The position numbers and the translations under genes are program-made. DNA of 36,184 nt from Hyphochytrium catenoides (taxonomy: Eukaryota; Protista; Hyphochytriomycota): assembly GCA_900088475.1 (NCBI GenBank), contig FLMG01000615.1:1-36184 (forward strand), given 5' to 3'. The notes under the pieces were generated by a model. The model saw only the letters and a program-made list of their open reading frames with translations. It did no database searches and was not told where the DNA came from. Below, piece after piece: positions 24,024 through 36,184 of the stretch; position 1 is the stretch's first letter; each line of letters opens with the position of its first letter.

Positions 24024-24989
24024 AAGCCTTCAGAGCCTGGCTCTGCCTCTCCCGATAGCAAGCCTATCTCTTTCTATCCCGAATGGGCAAGTCCTTACTT
24101 CCACCTTCTTTCTTCCTCCTCTCTCTGCTTTCATTCTCATCGTTCCACGCCGGTTTGTTGGGCGGTGGTTGAAAACTGTATGAGTGCGAGGTCCCGCTTG
24201 TATATCTTTAAGTTCTACTCTGTAATTTATGGCGGGTCAGCTGTGGCAGTCAAGCTGTTGCCGTCTCCACATCTTGAGCTTTTTATATGCATTGTTCTTC
24301 CTCTGAAATCGCATCTTTCCAGTGCAACGCTTACTTAAGCTGCCACTCGCCGACAATCGGTCGGGCCCGCTAGATTATTAGGCAGGAGTGAGTCAGAATA
24401 AGAGATGAACACGCAACATTAGAGTCTGGCAAGCATGTCGCTCTCTCCCGATATTTCATGTCCGCTTGGTAGACAACACGCAGTTGCCAACCAGGGGCGC
24501 TTTGTCTACCATTTTCTGTTTCTTTCTCTCTGTCCCTGATTCCTATCTACCTCCCCACCAGCTTTCCATCATAAAAACGCGCTCAGTCTTTCGCCTACAT
24601 CCTGGTCCCCGTCAGAGAGAAGAGATGATGTAACAGTTCCGCTGTGCCTGTCGGAACGCTTCAGCATACGATGGTCGTCCTTGTACCTGTACCAGAACAG
24701 TGCCTCGGTCGTTACATTTGTTTGGGCACACATAGCCGATGAGCCCAGCAGAAGCTCAGGAACTATTCGGCTCCCATCAGAGCGCATGTTAGATTGATGA
24801 CAGAAGTGCTTGTGAGTGGCCTTTGCTCACCTCTGATGCATCACTTCATGGGCAAACAATTGGTTCGCTGCCTTTAGGTCCTAGAGAGAACTACTTCCTA
24901 GTACTCCAGAGCAAGCTCGAGAGTGTCTATGTGCTCGATGTTGTTTGGCCTTCACCTTTGGTCCTGCATCAGCAGAGTCTTTGACTCCT

Positions 24990-25003
24990 CACTCTTTTCT
25001 TTC

Positions 25004-25034
<31 letters not shown>

Positions 25035-25098
25035 CCTCTCTCCCTCTCTCTCTCTTCCTCTCTTCCTCTCNNNNNNNNNNNNNNNNNNNNNNNNNNNN

Positions 25099-25130
<32 letters not shown>
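24990..25130. repeat. (CT)n microsatellite with assembly gap (N 25071-25098)
   Basis: CT runs flanking 28 Ns. Confidence 0.95.
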
Positions 25131-25132
<2 letters not shown>

Positions 25133-25365
25133 TCTTATGGTCTCAGGCCAATTTCCAGTTCTAAACGTCTAAAACAGAAAAGATCCAGATCCCCCTACCT
25201 GTCATAAAATGATGAACCGAAAGTAATTGTGATGGGGGAAGATCACTGTCCTTCTGAAAGGACAATTTACACACTCCCGAGAATAGGCTGACTTTTGGGT
25301 CTGACTTTCGGTTTTCTCCCTGTCTTTCCTGCCTGTCTCCTCGTACAGATGTCGCTTCGTACAGT

Positions 25366-25380
25366 AGAGAGAGAAAGAGT

Positions 25381-25471
<91 letters not shown>

Positions 25472-25520
25472 GAAAGACAGAGAGACAGAGAGAGAGAGAG
25501 AGAAAGGAAGGAGAGAGATG
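25366..25520. repeat. (GA)n compound microsatellite
   Basis: GA/GAAA/GACA runs. Confidence 0.95.
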
Positions 25521-25854
25521 TCAAGAGAGGAGCTGTTGTACGATAGTCGTCAGCTTCGCATCAGGCGATCGCGGGCTTTACGACTGTCCCGTCCCTCCTG
25601 CTGCCCGCAAAGCTTTGGCGTCAGTCCTTTGTCCTCCCCTGCACCATCCTTCTGAGGGGCGGTTGTGCGCCTTTGACAAGCATCTCTGATAGCAGCCCTT
25701 TTCCACATTTACTCTTTCTCTCTCTTCATTCTCTCCTCCCTCTTCTCCTCCCTCGCTTCCTGTTCTCTGTCTGGTTATGCTTTTACTCACACCTAGTCCT
25801 ATGACCTAGGAGACCTCCCTCTCCCTTTCACTCTGTCTCTCCGTCCATGGGAAG

Positions 25855-28800
25855 ATGTGGACAGAGGATCCTGACGCAGCATCCTTCAGGGATAGGAGGA
25901 GAAGAGCAAGGTCGTCAAGCAGGAAATCTTCCTTGGCTGGCGACGGAGATGTCTCCTCACTTCCTTCTCCCTCTTATGCTTCTCTCTCCTTCACCTCGCC
26001 CTCTCCTCGCAAGGATATCCCTCTAGGAGTTCCGTCCGAACGGTTGACGACTCCTCAGTCTAGCGAGTCACCGATGGCTTCCCCTGATCTCAACCCCATT
26101 TCTTGCCCAAGGTACAGGCGCTCCTTCGCCCTCTTACTGATTGTCATGCTCTCTCTCTTATCTCTGCTGTCTTTCCATCCTCCATCTCGTCCACACACAC
26201 GCTCTCTCTCTCTTTCTTCTCTCTCACTTTCCAGTAGAATGTACCTTCATTATCTCCTTTTTGACCTTTGTCTTTCTCTCTCCCTTTCTCCCTCCGATAT
26301 CTCTTCTTCACCACATTGCTGGGTGAAATAGAAAGTTCTTTACGATTGCTCAGTTAGCATATTCTCTCCTTCTCCTAGCAACTGCGCGTTCTCTTTCTTA
26401 GCAGCGCTAGCCAGAGATCTATCCCGCGATTTGCTCTTTAACTTGCTGTTCATATTGTCTCTGAACTTACAGTTTCTACTTTGCGCACCTCCTCATATCT
26501 CACGCTGTACAGAGTTGACGAACATCTAGAGAAAGAGAAAGTTTCATTTCAGCTGATCTCGGACTTTAAGCCCCCTCAAGCTCTGTCAACAGCTGTACCT
26601 GCACCGTCAGGCTTCTCGCCAGGTGTCTCTCTTTGTACCACCTCCTCTACCTGGCAGATCTCTCTCCCTCTCGCGTGTACTGTTTGCATCTTCTTTCCAT
26701 CTTTAGTTTATTCGCCTCTAGCGGTCCCGGCTAGGGTCAATCTTGCTTCTCTACTATCTTCTTCCTTGTCCTTAGCTTCGACGCTGGTCCTCCTTTCTCT
26801 CCCCTCTCCCGCCTCTCTCTCCTCCCTTTCTCCTATCTCTGTCTAACGATCTAACTGCAATCTACTCTTCGTTCAAAAGCGATGCCTCTCTGGAGGAGAG
26901 ATAGAGAATCAGCATCAAATGCTGCAGAGATTCCCAACCCAGATACACCCAGAAAAGCCAGGAGTTCGGCCATGAGCTCAATCAATCTCTCCTCTCCTTT
27001 GTCCTCCCCTTCTGCTAATCCTCCCTCTATCTTCAAGCTGTCGCTCAAGTCTGAGATAGTCCGCCGACAGGAAGAGACAGTAAAGACGGAGAAGATGGTG
27101 AAGAAAGAGAAAGAAGAGATGAAGCGTCGCCTCTTAGGGTTATTCTCTACTTACTCTGAGAAACCAAGGGACCTCCTGCAAGCCATCTTAGACTTTCAAG
27201 GGCTAGAAGATGAAGAGTTACTGGCCTTTCTTTTAGACAAGACACCTCTTCCTCGGCTTATGATGCCTCTATCTTCGTCCTTCCTTCACAATCTTCTGGC
27301 ACTGCTTGCAGAAGAAAGGAGAGAGTGCGAATGCGACGAAGAAGACTTTCCTCGCCGCCGCAGATTGTATCTGATCTCCCAGCTAGTGAAGAGAACAGTG
27401 AAAGGCAGCGTGGTTGCCAACGTAGAAGTGGGAGATAGCCCCTGCGATAGCACCTCAAGCAGTTACCCGCTCTGGCGTTCACTCTTTGCTACCTTAAGTA
27501 AAGCATCTTGGCAGCTGGATCCTACTCATATCGCGGTCTTCAGTCAGGTGCGCTTCAGAAGATTGTAAAGTCCCTCGCTCGCTTTCCTATTCTCTCGTGT
27601 CCGCTGTATTATCAATAGTGCGCATCCGCTCCTCTTTACCCCTGCCAGGAATCTTTGCTGTCTCTCAGCGGCTATTGCGCTAGAGGCTTACCTGCTTTTG
27701 GGGTTCTGGGTGGTCTCTTTCTTCATAGATAACTCCCACCAACTTTCCTTCTTCTCTGTTGTTTCTCTGTAACTCTATAATCTCTTAACACCTTTCCAGA
27801 TTGCCAGTCACTTTGTTCTCGACTGTGGCATGGGACGGAGTATCCTGGAGTTCCTAGCAGCCGATGCCGAAGAGAGAATGGGGCCTAAAGCCTCAGACCT
27901 ATCACTGAGACTGAGTAATATGCAGATTATGGTAGGAAGAGAGATAAAAAGAACGATGACCCATGCCAAGCTATGACCGTTCAAGATGATCTTCTTCCTA
28001 ACTCTGCTTTTGTTGAACAAGTTGTATGGATCTGTGCGTCAAGAGCTTTATTTCTTCGCCTGTTTGGAGTATAGCTCTCCCCACGTGGTCTCTTCCTTCC
28101 TTTTTCTCCATTTTCACTCTCCTTTTCTCACTCTCTCTCGCCACTCTCTCTTCTCTTGCGCAGGATCCAGAGTCCATTCCGTACACGGATCTCTTCATAA
28201 AGTGTCTTGGTGACGACTCGCTGCATCAGTTCCTTCTCCGTTTGGTTTATTCGGAGCACTCTCAGGAGGCCATCACCGCCCTCCACAGGACCAAGTTGAT
28301 TCCTCTTCTCCTCCACACCCTGTCTTCTGCCCCCTTCTCCTCCCCTGCCACGGAAAACACTGCCCTCATGCTGAGGGAGCTGATGCATGCTCCTTACATC
28401 TCGTTAAGAGGCGATGCTATCTTTGCCTTCGAGGTTAGTGCAAGAAGGCTGCCTCGATGCTCTGTCCTTACTGGGGTGGGCAATGCTCTCTCTCAGTCTA
28501 TGTTCTGACGTATGTCGTTGCTTTAACATCTGATAAACGACTTGTCTCCTACTGGAGCTAAATGTTCTTTGCAATCGTCATAGTTGCATCTTTCCATTTC
28601 TCCATGCTCTTGTCGCTGCATAGATGGGATTGGTTTCCCTCTTCCCTGCCTTGCTGGTATTGACTAGAAGTTGCCCTACATTTCCGCTTGGCCATCTCGA
28701 TAAGGAGACCCTATCTCCTACTTCTCTGCCGCGATGCTCAATTACTTTTTTCTGCTGGCTGCTAGGTGCCACGTCTGAACGTTCATGAGCCAGTCTACCA

Positions 28801-31800
28801 GTCAATCGCGGGATATAAGGACGGTGAGGAAGGCACGAATCATGTGCGGAAGTACAGCAGTAGGAAGGTCCAGCAGCTGGTGGAGGAGCTGCTGGATAAG
28901 CCTCAGTTACTGGAAGAACTCTTCAATAGGGCGGGAGATGAGCTGGAGTATTGGAAGACTGTTAAGCAGGAGAGCGCCATACCTAGAGGTAACTCCCAAC
29001 TCTCTTCCTTCTCGGCACGCCCATGTCTACTTCGGCACACCGGAGCCATTCGGTCACACAAAACGTACCAAATCTCTTTGCAAGCCAAGACAAGCGAACG
29101 TTGCTGTTCTCGTCATGATCATGCCTTTCTAAAGACGCAATGCTTAGTCTTTCTCAACTTATTCCGTCTCCTTGCTTCTGTTTTCAGCGTCGTATCTGCT
29201 GTTCCTCAATGAACTGCTGAAGTACGTACGGAAAGGACCTCAAGAGATGGAGCAGGAAGGAGAAGCCGTTTCGGTACGCTGTGAAGGTGGAGGCTTCACT
29301 TGTCCGGTCCACACCCTAAAAGCTGGAAAGCTACTGCGAGGCAGTTACGGACCGAAGGGCCAGGAGGGATGGTTTGTGCTCAATGCTGTCTCAGGTGCGC
29401 AATCGCTCCTTTCACACACTCTATAAGTGTTTTGTCTCTTATTCGCCTTCCATCTGTCCTAAGCACTCGGCTCCTCTATACTGTCTCCAGTCACTGGTGC
29501 GGGGGCACGTTCTCCTTTTTATTCGTACGATTTTCTGTCCGAAACGGGCATCATGTCCGCCTACCTGTCCAAACCTCTTTCGGATGCACCCTGGAGTGTC
29601 TCATCCTTTCACTCTTAATTTGCTCTTCCTTCTGTACCTTCTCTGGCAGGACTCTTAACAAGAGAGGTGGAAGATGTTGCCTCGATGCACTACTCTGACC
29701 AGAAGATAGAGCGGACCTTTGACCTCAGGGATATGGAGAGAGTACAAGCCTCTTCCTGGCATCCATTCGGCTTTTCCCTGCTCCTCCGCTTTTCTTCCTC
29801 TCACAATGATCAGGATCTTCCAGTCCTTCCTCCCTTGGAGAAAAGTGGAGTTGGGGAGGAGGAAGCGAGTAGAAGGAAACTGGCTATCTCTCTAAGGAGA
29901 AATGGGAGCTCCTCCTCTCAGTGCTATGAACTTCTTCTTGCCGCCGTTTCGGATAAGGAGAGAGAGGAGTGGATGGCCGCCCTGACAGAAGCAATTGAGG
30001 GCCGTGCTGCAGTAGTGCAGAAGCCCTGTACCGTTGATGTGAGGAAGACCGAGGAAAGTGTTAAATTGCTCTCAGCGCTTATGGAGAAGAACGTCGTCAG
30101 GGCTATTCCGCAGCTTTTACCTCAGTTGCAGGTACGGTTGTTCCTTCGTTGTGGAAGGCTTATCAGCTTCAATCTTAACGTCTTTGGTTCACTCTCTCTC
30201 TCCTCTTGTAGGAGAAGAATTTGCCTCGACGCACGCACTTGGCCTATCTCTGTCTAGCTATCAATGGCTTCATAAAGCTCCGCTCTGAGAAAGTAAACGA
30301 GGTCCTACTGCAGCGAGGGGTTTTCTTTTTCTATCTCCGGCTCTTCGAGGCTGTGCCCAAAAGCTCAATAGTACACAGGTTAGTTCAAACACTTGGAATG
30401 ACTTTTTAACATGATATGGTCTAGCAATATCAGCTACCAATACCATGATACGTCTTCAGGTGCCAGTCCTCTGGTCCTTAGGAGATTCTAATTCGCCACA
30501 CCCACTGCTCCGTCGTCATCTGTACTCTCTCTTACAGGCATGTGACGGAGGCCATTCTATCTTTACTTTCTGAGAGCAACGAGACTCCTGCTACCCAGCT
30601 GCTCCTGCTGGAGGACCTTCTAGATAACAATCGACTCTTAGACTTTATCATTGAGGCACATCTAGCTTTTCCGAGAAAAGAGTACAGGGGCTTTATGACA
30701 GACATCGCAAATGCACTTTGCCTGGTGGAGAGGTAAGGTACCTCTCTTTCTGCTTGTTCCGTCTCACATTTAGGCTCTTCGTCTATCCTCTCAGCCAGGC
30801 GGCTAATGACTTCTGGTTCTCTTCTTTCGTTCCTTGTCGATAGCAATCCTGCCCATCCTGCCAATCTCCTTGTAAGGAGACTTATAAGGAGTAATCCACG
30901 CTGGGCGGAGTTTGTTGAAGAGACCCTATACAATGTCAACAACAAGCGATCGGATCTCAGCCACCTTTCGCTACCTTCCACTCCAGATTTTCAGACAGGT
31001 AAGCAGATCTTGGGCTGAGTATGGGCATATGAAAGGAGAACGAGAGCTCTCAAGCATACATAGAGCAACAGAATGTTAAGAGTGTGTGCAGGAGGGAAGA
31101 TCGCAAGGGTGGACATGCCTAATCCTCTACCTGCTTTTTGTCTCTTTCTCTACTTCTCCCTCTGTGTGTCTTGATCTCATTTCAATCCCCCCTAACTTCA
31201 TTGATGCTTTCTGCAGATATCTTGATGCAGATCTTGAGGAATGTCTCTGAGAAAGGGAAGTTGGAAAGCCTCGTTGTTCGAGAGAACGCAGTATTTGGCT
31301 ACCTGTACAAGACAACCGTTTCCAGTGACAAAGCTTCGCTAATATGGAAAGGTCAGCATCGACAATGGTCACGCTTTCTATGTCTAATTCTTTATGTGTT
31401 AATGTCTATGTCTCTATCTACAGTTACCTTTGGCGATACTCTCTTTGTTTTCTTCTTACTCTCTCGGCCGCCACGACACTCTTCAAGACTCTTCTGCTTT
31501 GAGGAGAGCCGTCAAATCCTAAAGATCTATAGGATAACCTTGTATTCACTCTCCCGTCATTGCTTCTGCAGGGATTATAATGGTAATGGACCTCAACAGC
31601 AAGAGACTCTGGTACTTCTATCCGGATGATTTTTTCCATCGTGGTATGCCTATTGGCCTTCCCTCACCTCTCTTTCTCTCTGTCTTTCTTTCTCTCCATT
31701 TCCTCACTCATTTCTTCCTTGGTCATACGCCTTTCTCTTCAGTCCTCGCTCTCTTCTTTTTCTGCTTTTCTCTCTCCCCATCTCCTCCTTTGCTTTATGA

Positions 31801-33330
31801 TGCAGGTCTTCTTGCTGAGGCCATGTGCTCTAAGTTGGACGAGAGCTCTCGTTCTCCTTTCATATGCCAATACTCCTTCTGCTCTCTGGCATCTACCTCT
31901 TTGTCATTCTTGGTTGTCTTGCCCTCTGAAACATTCGCCCTTCTCTCATTCCCGGACAGGATCTAAAGGCAACGAGCATCCGTTCTGGAAGTTCGTGGTC
32001 CCTCGGTCGGTGCATGAGAGGTTCACAAGCGGAAGAGATGAGACCGGAAAGGATGTGGGGCACTTTGGACTAGTTGTTGGCTCAGATACAAAGGAACTCT
32101 TCCTTTCCACCTCTTCCAGAGAGGTAAGCCGGCAGAAGTTCTTAGGATACGAGAGAAAAGAGCGTGACAAAGAGAGCGAGTGCGAGAGAGAGAGAGAGTA
32201 AGGGAGTAAGGAGAGGAAGAGAGGTAGCCTAGATCTTCTGCTCAGAAGCTATGATGGGAGCAGAGGACCGGGGTGATTCATGCTAAACTGAGAGCGACTT
32301 TTAGGGTCGCAGACCTGTTAATGTCAATAGTTAGGGGCGAAACATGATAGATGCGGGCTCTACGCTGTACTGCAAAAACGGCAAAGCCATGAGATCTAAT
32401 TTTATTGTGCGAGCAGCATCGAGAGGTCTGGCTGTCCATCATCAAAGAAGCAGTCGCAATCAACGAGGAAAGCAGGAAGGAGTATCTTTCCCGGCGGGAG
32501 GAGGAAGGAGAAGATAAAGCTCCGGCAAGTTGTCAGCTCTGCGGAGGCAAGTTTTCTCTACTAAGAGGAAGGATTCGGCATCAGTGCCGCCGCTGTGGGA
32601 AAACGATATGTGAAAAGGTGAGAGACAGCATCTTCCAAGCTCAACCGTGGTACATCCCGTTCCTTGTCCTCCTTTAGCATCCTGTCTTCGATATGTGACC
32701 AACGAGTTGGCCTTCTTCCCTCCTGCCTTCCCTTTCGTCCCCTCTCTGTCATTGCCACCCTTAACCTCCTGCTGCCCCTTACAGTGCGGTAACAGGAAGA
32801 AGCCCTTGCCAGAGTTTGGGCTATTTCGGCCGGTCCGGCACTGCTTCCCGTGTTTTGAAGAGACAGGAGGAGAGAGAGGAAGCAGAGAGCCAGTGGCTGC
32901 AGTGCAACAGATTGCTCAGGACGTGCTGACTGTGAGCATTCTTCCTGTCTCTTCCTCCGAGAGTCTGACCGATCTCGGGCTTATTCCTCGACCATCGTCC
33001 ACTGAGGACCTTCACGAACTCTCAGCTAAATCGTCAAAGATACCAAGATCTCGGTCTGCAGAAAGGTTGGCAGAGCTTGGCCTTCTCCCTCGATCTGCCT
33101 CTCGAGAGAAGCTTTCGAAAGGAAGTGGAGGTCGAATGCCAAAGGCCGCCTCTGCCGATAGTCTGAGTGCGATGGACAAGAGAGCAAGAGAAGCCTCTTC
33201 TTCCTCTTCTCTTTCTTCTCGCTCGTCTTCAACGTCTTCCCTGGTGAAACTGTGGATGTCGGAGCAAACCGAAGAAAAGAGAAGCCTTGAGCTGGAGGAG
33301 ATGGCAGGAGTCTACTGGGACGCATCTTGA
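25855..33330 (+). CDS. SAPS (SIT4-associated / PP6 regulatory subunit)-like protein with an internal PH domain, a second PH domain and a FYVE finger, 16 exons
   Basis: Phase-compatible exons 25855-26111, 26513-26622, 26880-27547, 27800-27931, 28164-28433, 28766-28988, 29188-29394, 29650-30131, 30212-30378, 30538-30732, 30844-30998, 31217-31351, 31572-31643, 31960-32123, 32417-32617, 32785-33330. SAPS-like: 'LHQFLLRLV...LIPLLL...ENTALMLRELM', 'LFEAVPKSSIVHRHV', 'RKEYRGFMTDIANAL', 'WAEFVEETL'. PH1: 'LKAGKLLR...WFVL...LAAVSDKEREEWMAAL'. PH2: 'FGYLYK...LWYF...LFLSTSSREHREVWLSII'. FYVE: 'CQLCGGKFSLLRGRIRHQCRRCGKTICEKC...VRHCFPC'. Confidence 0.85.
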
Positions 33331-34547
33331 AGCGGCAGCATCGCCATAGACTAGGCGTAGAGGAGAAGGAGGAGCGTGTAGCTTGTCTCTATGTTCTCTC
33401 TCTCCGATGGACGTCCTTCTTTTGTCGCTACTTTCATGAAGTCCACTTATTTATAACTTATTTATGGTTCTTACAATGAGCTCAATGGCACTTAGTGCTG
33501 ATCTCACTTCTTCCGTGTGTCCTCTATCAATAGAAGTGACCTGCTGCCTAGAAGTAGTTCTACTGAGGCATTGTTGGCAAGCTTCCTTCTTCAGTTTTCA
33601 TCTTTCTGTCTCCTTCCACCTTTTCCATATCAGGAAGGGGCTTGGCTGCCCCAGCCCATGTCTGCGCTGGATCTCGAGTCGAGTTATCTCTTGCCTGCCC
33701 TTGTCTCTACCTATGGTCACTCTCTTTCTCTCGCAGCAAGAAGCTTAAGCCCGGAACTAAAGATTCCTCATGTCGTTCGACTAAGTGCAAGTTGAGTCAA
33801 AAGCCGCATGTTCACCGAGCCTTTTGAGCTCAGTTCCTGTCATGTCAAGCATCGCTTACGGCGTTTACTCTGAAGCCTGACTCTTTGGCGCTCAATGCTG
33901 CTTGCGAAGCTAACTAATCAAGTGCTTGACTCAGGAAGTCTATGTCTCTCCTCCCTCCGTCGTCCTCCTACTTTGTTTTCCACCTCTTCCTTCCGCCTTT
34001 CGCAGCTGATTTTCTCCCTCCCCCCCCCACCGCGCTCTCTCTTTCCATCTCCTTTCTCGTCGACCTTGGCCCTACGTTTTAACTCGCCTTGAGCTTCTGA
34101 TAGTCCTCGTTGTTTCTCTTCATTCGTATCTCCCCCCGGCGTGATCTCAGTGTCCTTACCCTCGATCGGTTGCTCGAGAAGCGATGAACCAAGTCAGTCA
34201 GTCAGTCACTTCCATACCATCCTCAGAAGCAGCAGGTGTTGGTTGACTTGGTGAGGGGAGAGCGAGCGATCATGGCAGCTCGCTGTCATCTCTCCTCCAG
34301 TTGAAGTTTGTGCCTGAGAGAAGCTGGCGTCCTTGCCATCACACAGCATGAAGCACTCTGTCTCTTCCTTCTCCCGTCAGTTTTCTCAACGAAAGACCAA
34401 TATCGCAGGATAGCGGGTAACGGATTTTCTATCCTTACTTATTCCGCCCTGTGGAGGTAATTAGCGGCTTTAATTGCCGTTCCTCCTGATCGTATTCTCC
34501 TTTATGACCCTGTGAAGGATCCTGGCATGGGATCCTGTTTCTTCTGT

Positions 34548-34674
34548 TTCTGTGGGTCTCTCTCTCGCTGTCTCTCTCTTTCTTTCTCTCTTTCTCTCTC
34601 TCTCTGTCTCTCTCTGTCTCTCTTTTCTCTCTCTCTGTCTCTCTGTCTCTCTGTCTCTCTGTCTCTCTGTCTCC

Positions 34675-34720
<46 letters not shown>

Positions 34721-34830
34721 CTCTCTCTTTCACTCTCTCTTTTGCTCTTCCTGTCTGGGTTTCCCAACCACTTTCTTCTGTCAGTCTCTGCGTCTCCACC
34801 ACCTTGCCTCTCTCTCTCTCTGTCTCTGAG
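34548..34830. repeat. Compound (CT)n/(CTCTCTGT)n microsatellite
   Basis: Long CT and CTGT runs upstream of the last gene. Confidence 0.95.
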
Positions 34831-35113
34831 CCTTCCTCTCTCCACCTGCTCATGTCACTCTGACAGCTTCAGCCTCCAGCCTGCGTTGTCACAGACGCGG
34901 CCAGCTGATCTTCCCAACCTTGTTAATTCCCTCCTAGTGCTAAGGTCAGCACTACTAACCGCCAGGTAGATTGCCAGAACTGAAGCTGCTTCTCATTACT
35001 GCGGACGTTCGCTGCCTTCAGCAGCAGCAGCAGCAAGTCAGAGAGGAGAAGCGACTCAGAGAGAGAGGAGAGATAGCAGAGAGGCAGGGGAAGACCTCAA
35101 GAGGAACGGCACG

Positions 35114-36184
35114 ATGGGAGCTCAGCTCAGCACACAACGACAGCTCGTGATCGGAGGTGTCCTCCTCCATCTAGCGGTGATCGCCAAGGGGAAGAGTCCT
35201 CGTATCTCTCTCTTGACAAAGATGTTAGCGCTTCTGCAGGGAGAGCAGCTGTGGAAGGTAGATATCCTGACTTTTCTAGAGTTCTTTCTCCTAGCTCACT
35301 GCTCCCCTGGAGGCGGTGCCGTTTATCTTCTGCTCACTCCTAAATCGTGACGCAACCAATAGACTCTATAGTCGCTAGTCTCTCTGTCTCTGTCGCTTTC
35401 TTTCTTCCCCCGTCAGTAACCTTCTCGCTTCCTACCTTTTTTGCTCACATGTCCCTGCTATGCGCTGCGTCGCTCTCTTCTACTCTTTTTGCTTTTTGGG
35501 CAGGTTGCCTTAGGCGACTTCATAGGCCTCTCAGTTCTCCTGGTCATACTTCGTCACTTCCGATATCTGCGGCGACTGCGGTTGAAAGACTATAAGAACA
35601 TAGTGGGCGGCTTCGCCTTTGAGATAATGAAGGTCATCCCATACACTGCGAAGAAGATAGATGACGAGAATAGGAAGATGGAGAAGCAAATCCAGGACTC
35701 CCTTAAGGTGTGATATCTCTCTCTCTCCTGTTCCCCCTCTCCTCTCTCTCGCTCTCGCTCTCGCTCTCTCTCGCTCGCTCTCTCTCTCTCTCTCTCTACC
35801 GCTTGCTCCCACTCCTTCGCTTTATTTCACTTCTCTTTGTTACTTGCCGCATATTCAATGTCCAAGTTCCATTTAAAAACGATGCTTCCCTCCGTCCTGA
35901 CAATTTGTATGTCGGATGTCCTTATGCTCTGTCATCTCTCGACCCTCATGGTTACTCTCTGTGTCCTTTTCCCTAACCTTTCACCTAACGACACTCTCTT
36001 GCCCTAAGCTTACTAGCTCTGTCGGAACTTTATCTCCTGCTTTTTTTCCTGCTAATCTCTCTCTCTCGGGTTCCTTCAAGCTAACGCTCCACTCCTGACT
36101 TGCCTTATACCGTCCGCCCATCTTCTCACGTCCTTTCCTCCCACGCCCTACTCAGCATGAGCTGTCCAGGAAGCCCTTGTGCAC
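35114..36184 (+). CDS. 5' part of a membrane-anchored protein, possibly sphingosine-1-phosphate lyase-like; runs off the window
   Basis: Exons 35114-35257, 35504-35707 and probably 36156-end, all phase 0. A hydrophobic segment 'FIGLSVLLVIL' followed by 'FEIMKVIPYTAKKIDDENRKMEKQIQDSL' resembles the post-TM helix of S1P lyases. The catalytic domain is not in the window, so the product call is tentative. Confidence 0.5.

Noticed and set aside
29491-29496. Possible 6-nt micro-exon (AG|TCACTG|GT) inside the SAPS-PH gene
   Set aside because: The flanking exons already join in frame, so it is unnecessary without RNA evidence.
33464-34092. ORFs downstream of the SAPS-like gene
   Set aside because: Overlapping low-complexity ORFs in several frames with no motifs or clear splice structure; likely 3' UTR or intergenic.

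Overview
Eukaryotic (protist-like) genomic DNA with GT-AG introns, many (CT)n/(GA)n microsatellites and two assembly gaps; most short ORFs in the track are intron, antisense or microsatellite artefacts. Splicing by hand gives, left to right: a 6-exon PlsC-type acyltransferase (+); a convergent 6-exon RING-H2 E3 ligase (-); a decayed ORF with a P-loop-like motif; a ~5.2 kb intron-containing DDE transposase (-) carrying an inserted WRN/EXD-type 3'-5' exonuclease domain with substituted catalytic residues and at least one frameshift; a 3-exon coiled-coil gene (-); a 123-bp tandem repeat; a 2-exon gene fusing five Cx4Cx9Cx2HG zinc-finger repeats to an apparently catalytically dead short-chain dehydrogenase (+); a 16-exon gene with a SAPS/PP6-regulatory-subunit-like domain interrupted by a PH domain and followed by a second PH and a variant FYVE finger (+); and the 5' end of a possible sphingosine-1-phosphate lyase-like gene (+). 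The most notable items are the zinc-finger/pseudo-SDR fusion, the transposase with an embedded pseudo-exonuclease and the SAPS[PH]-PH-FYVE architecture. All family calls are from motif recognition by eye; no searches were run.
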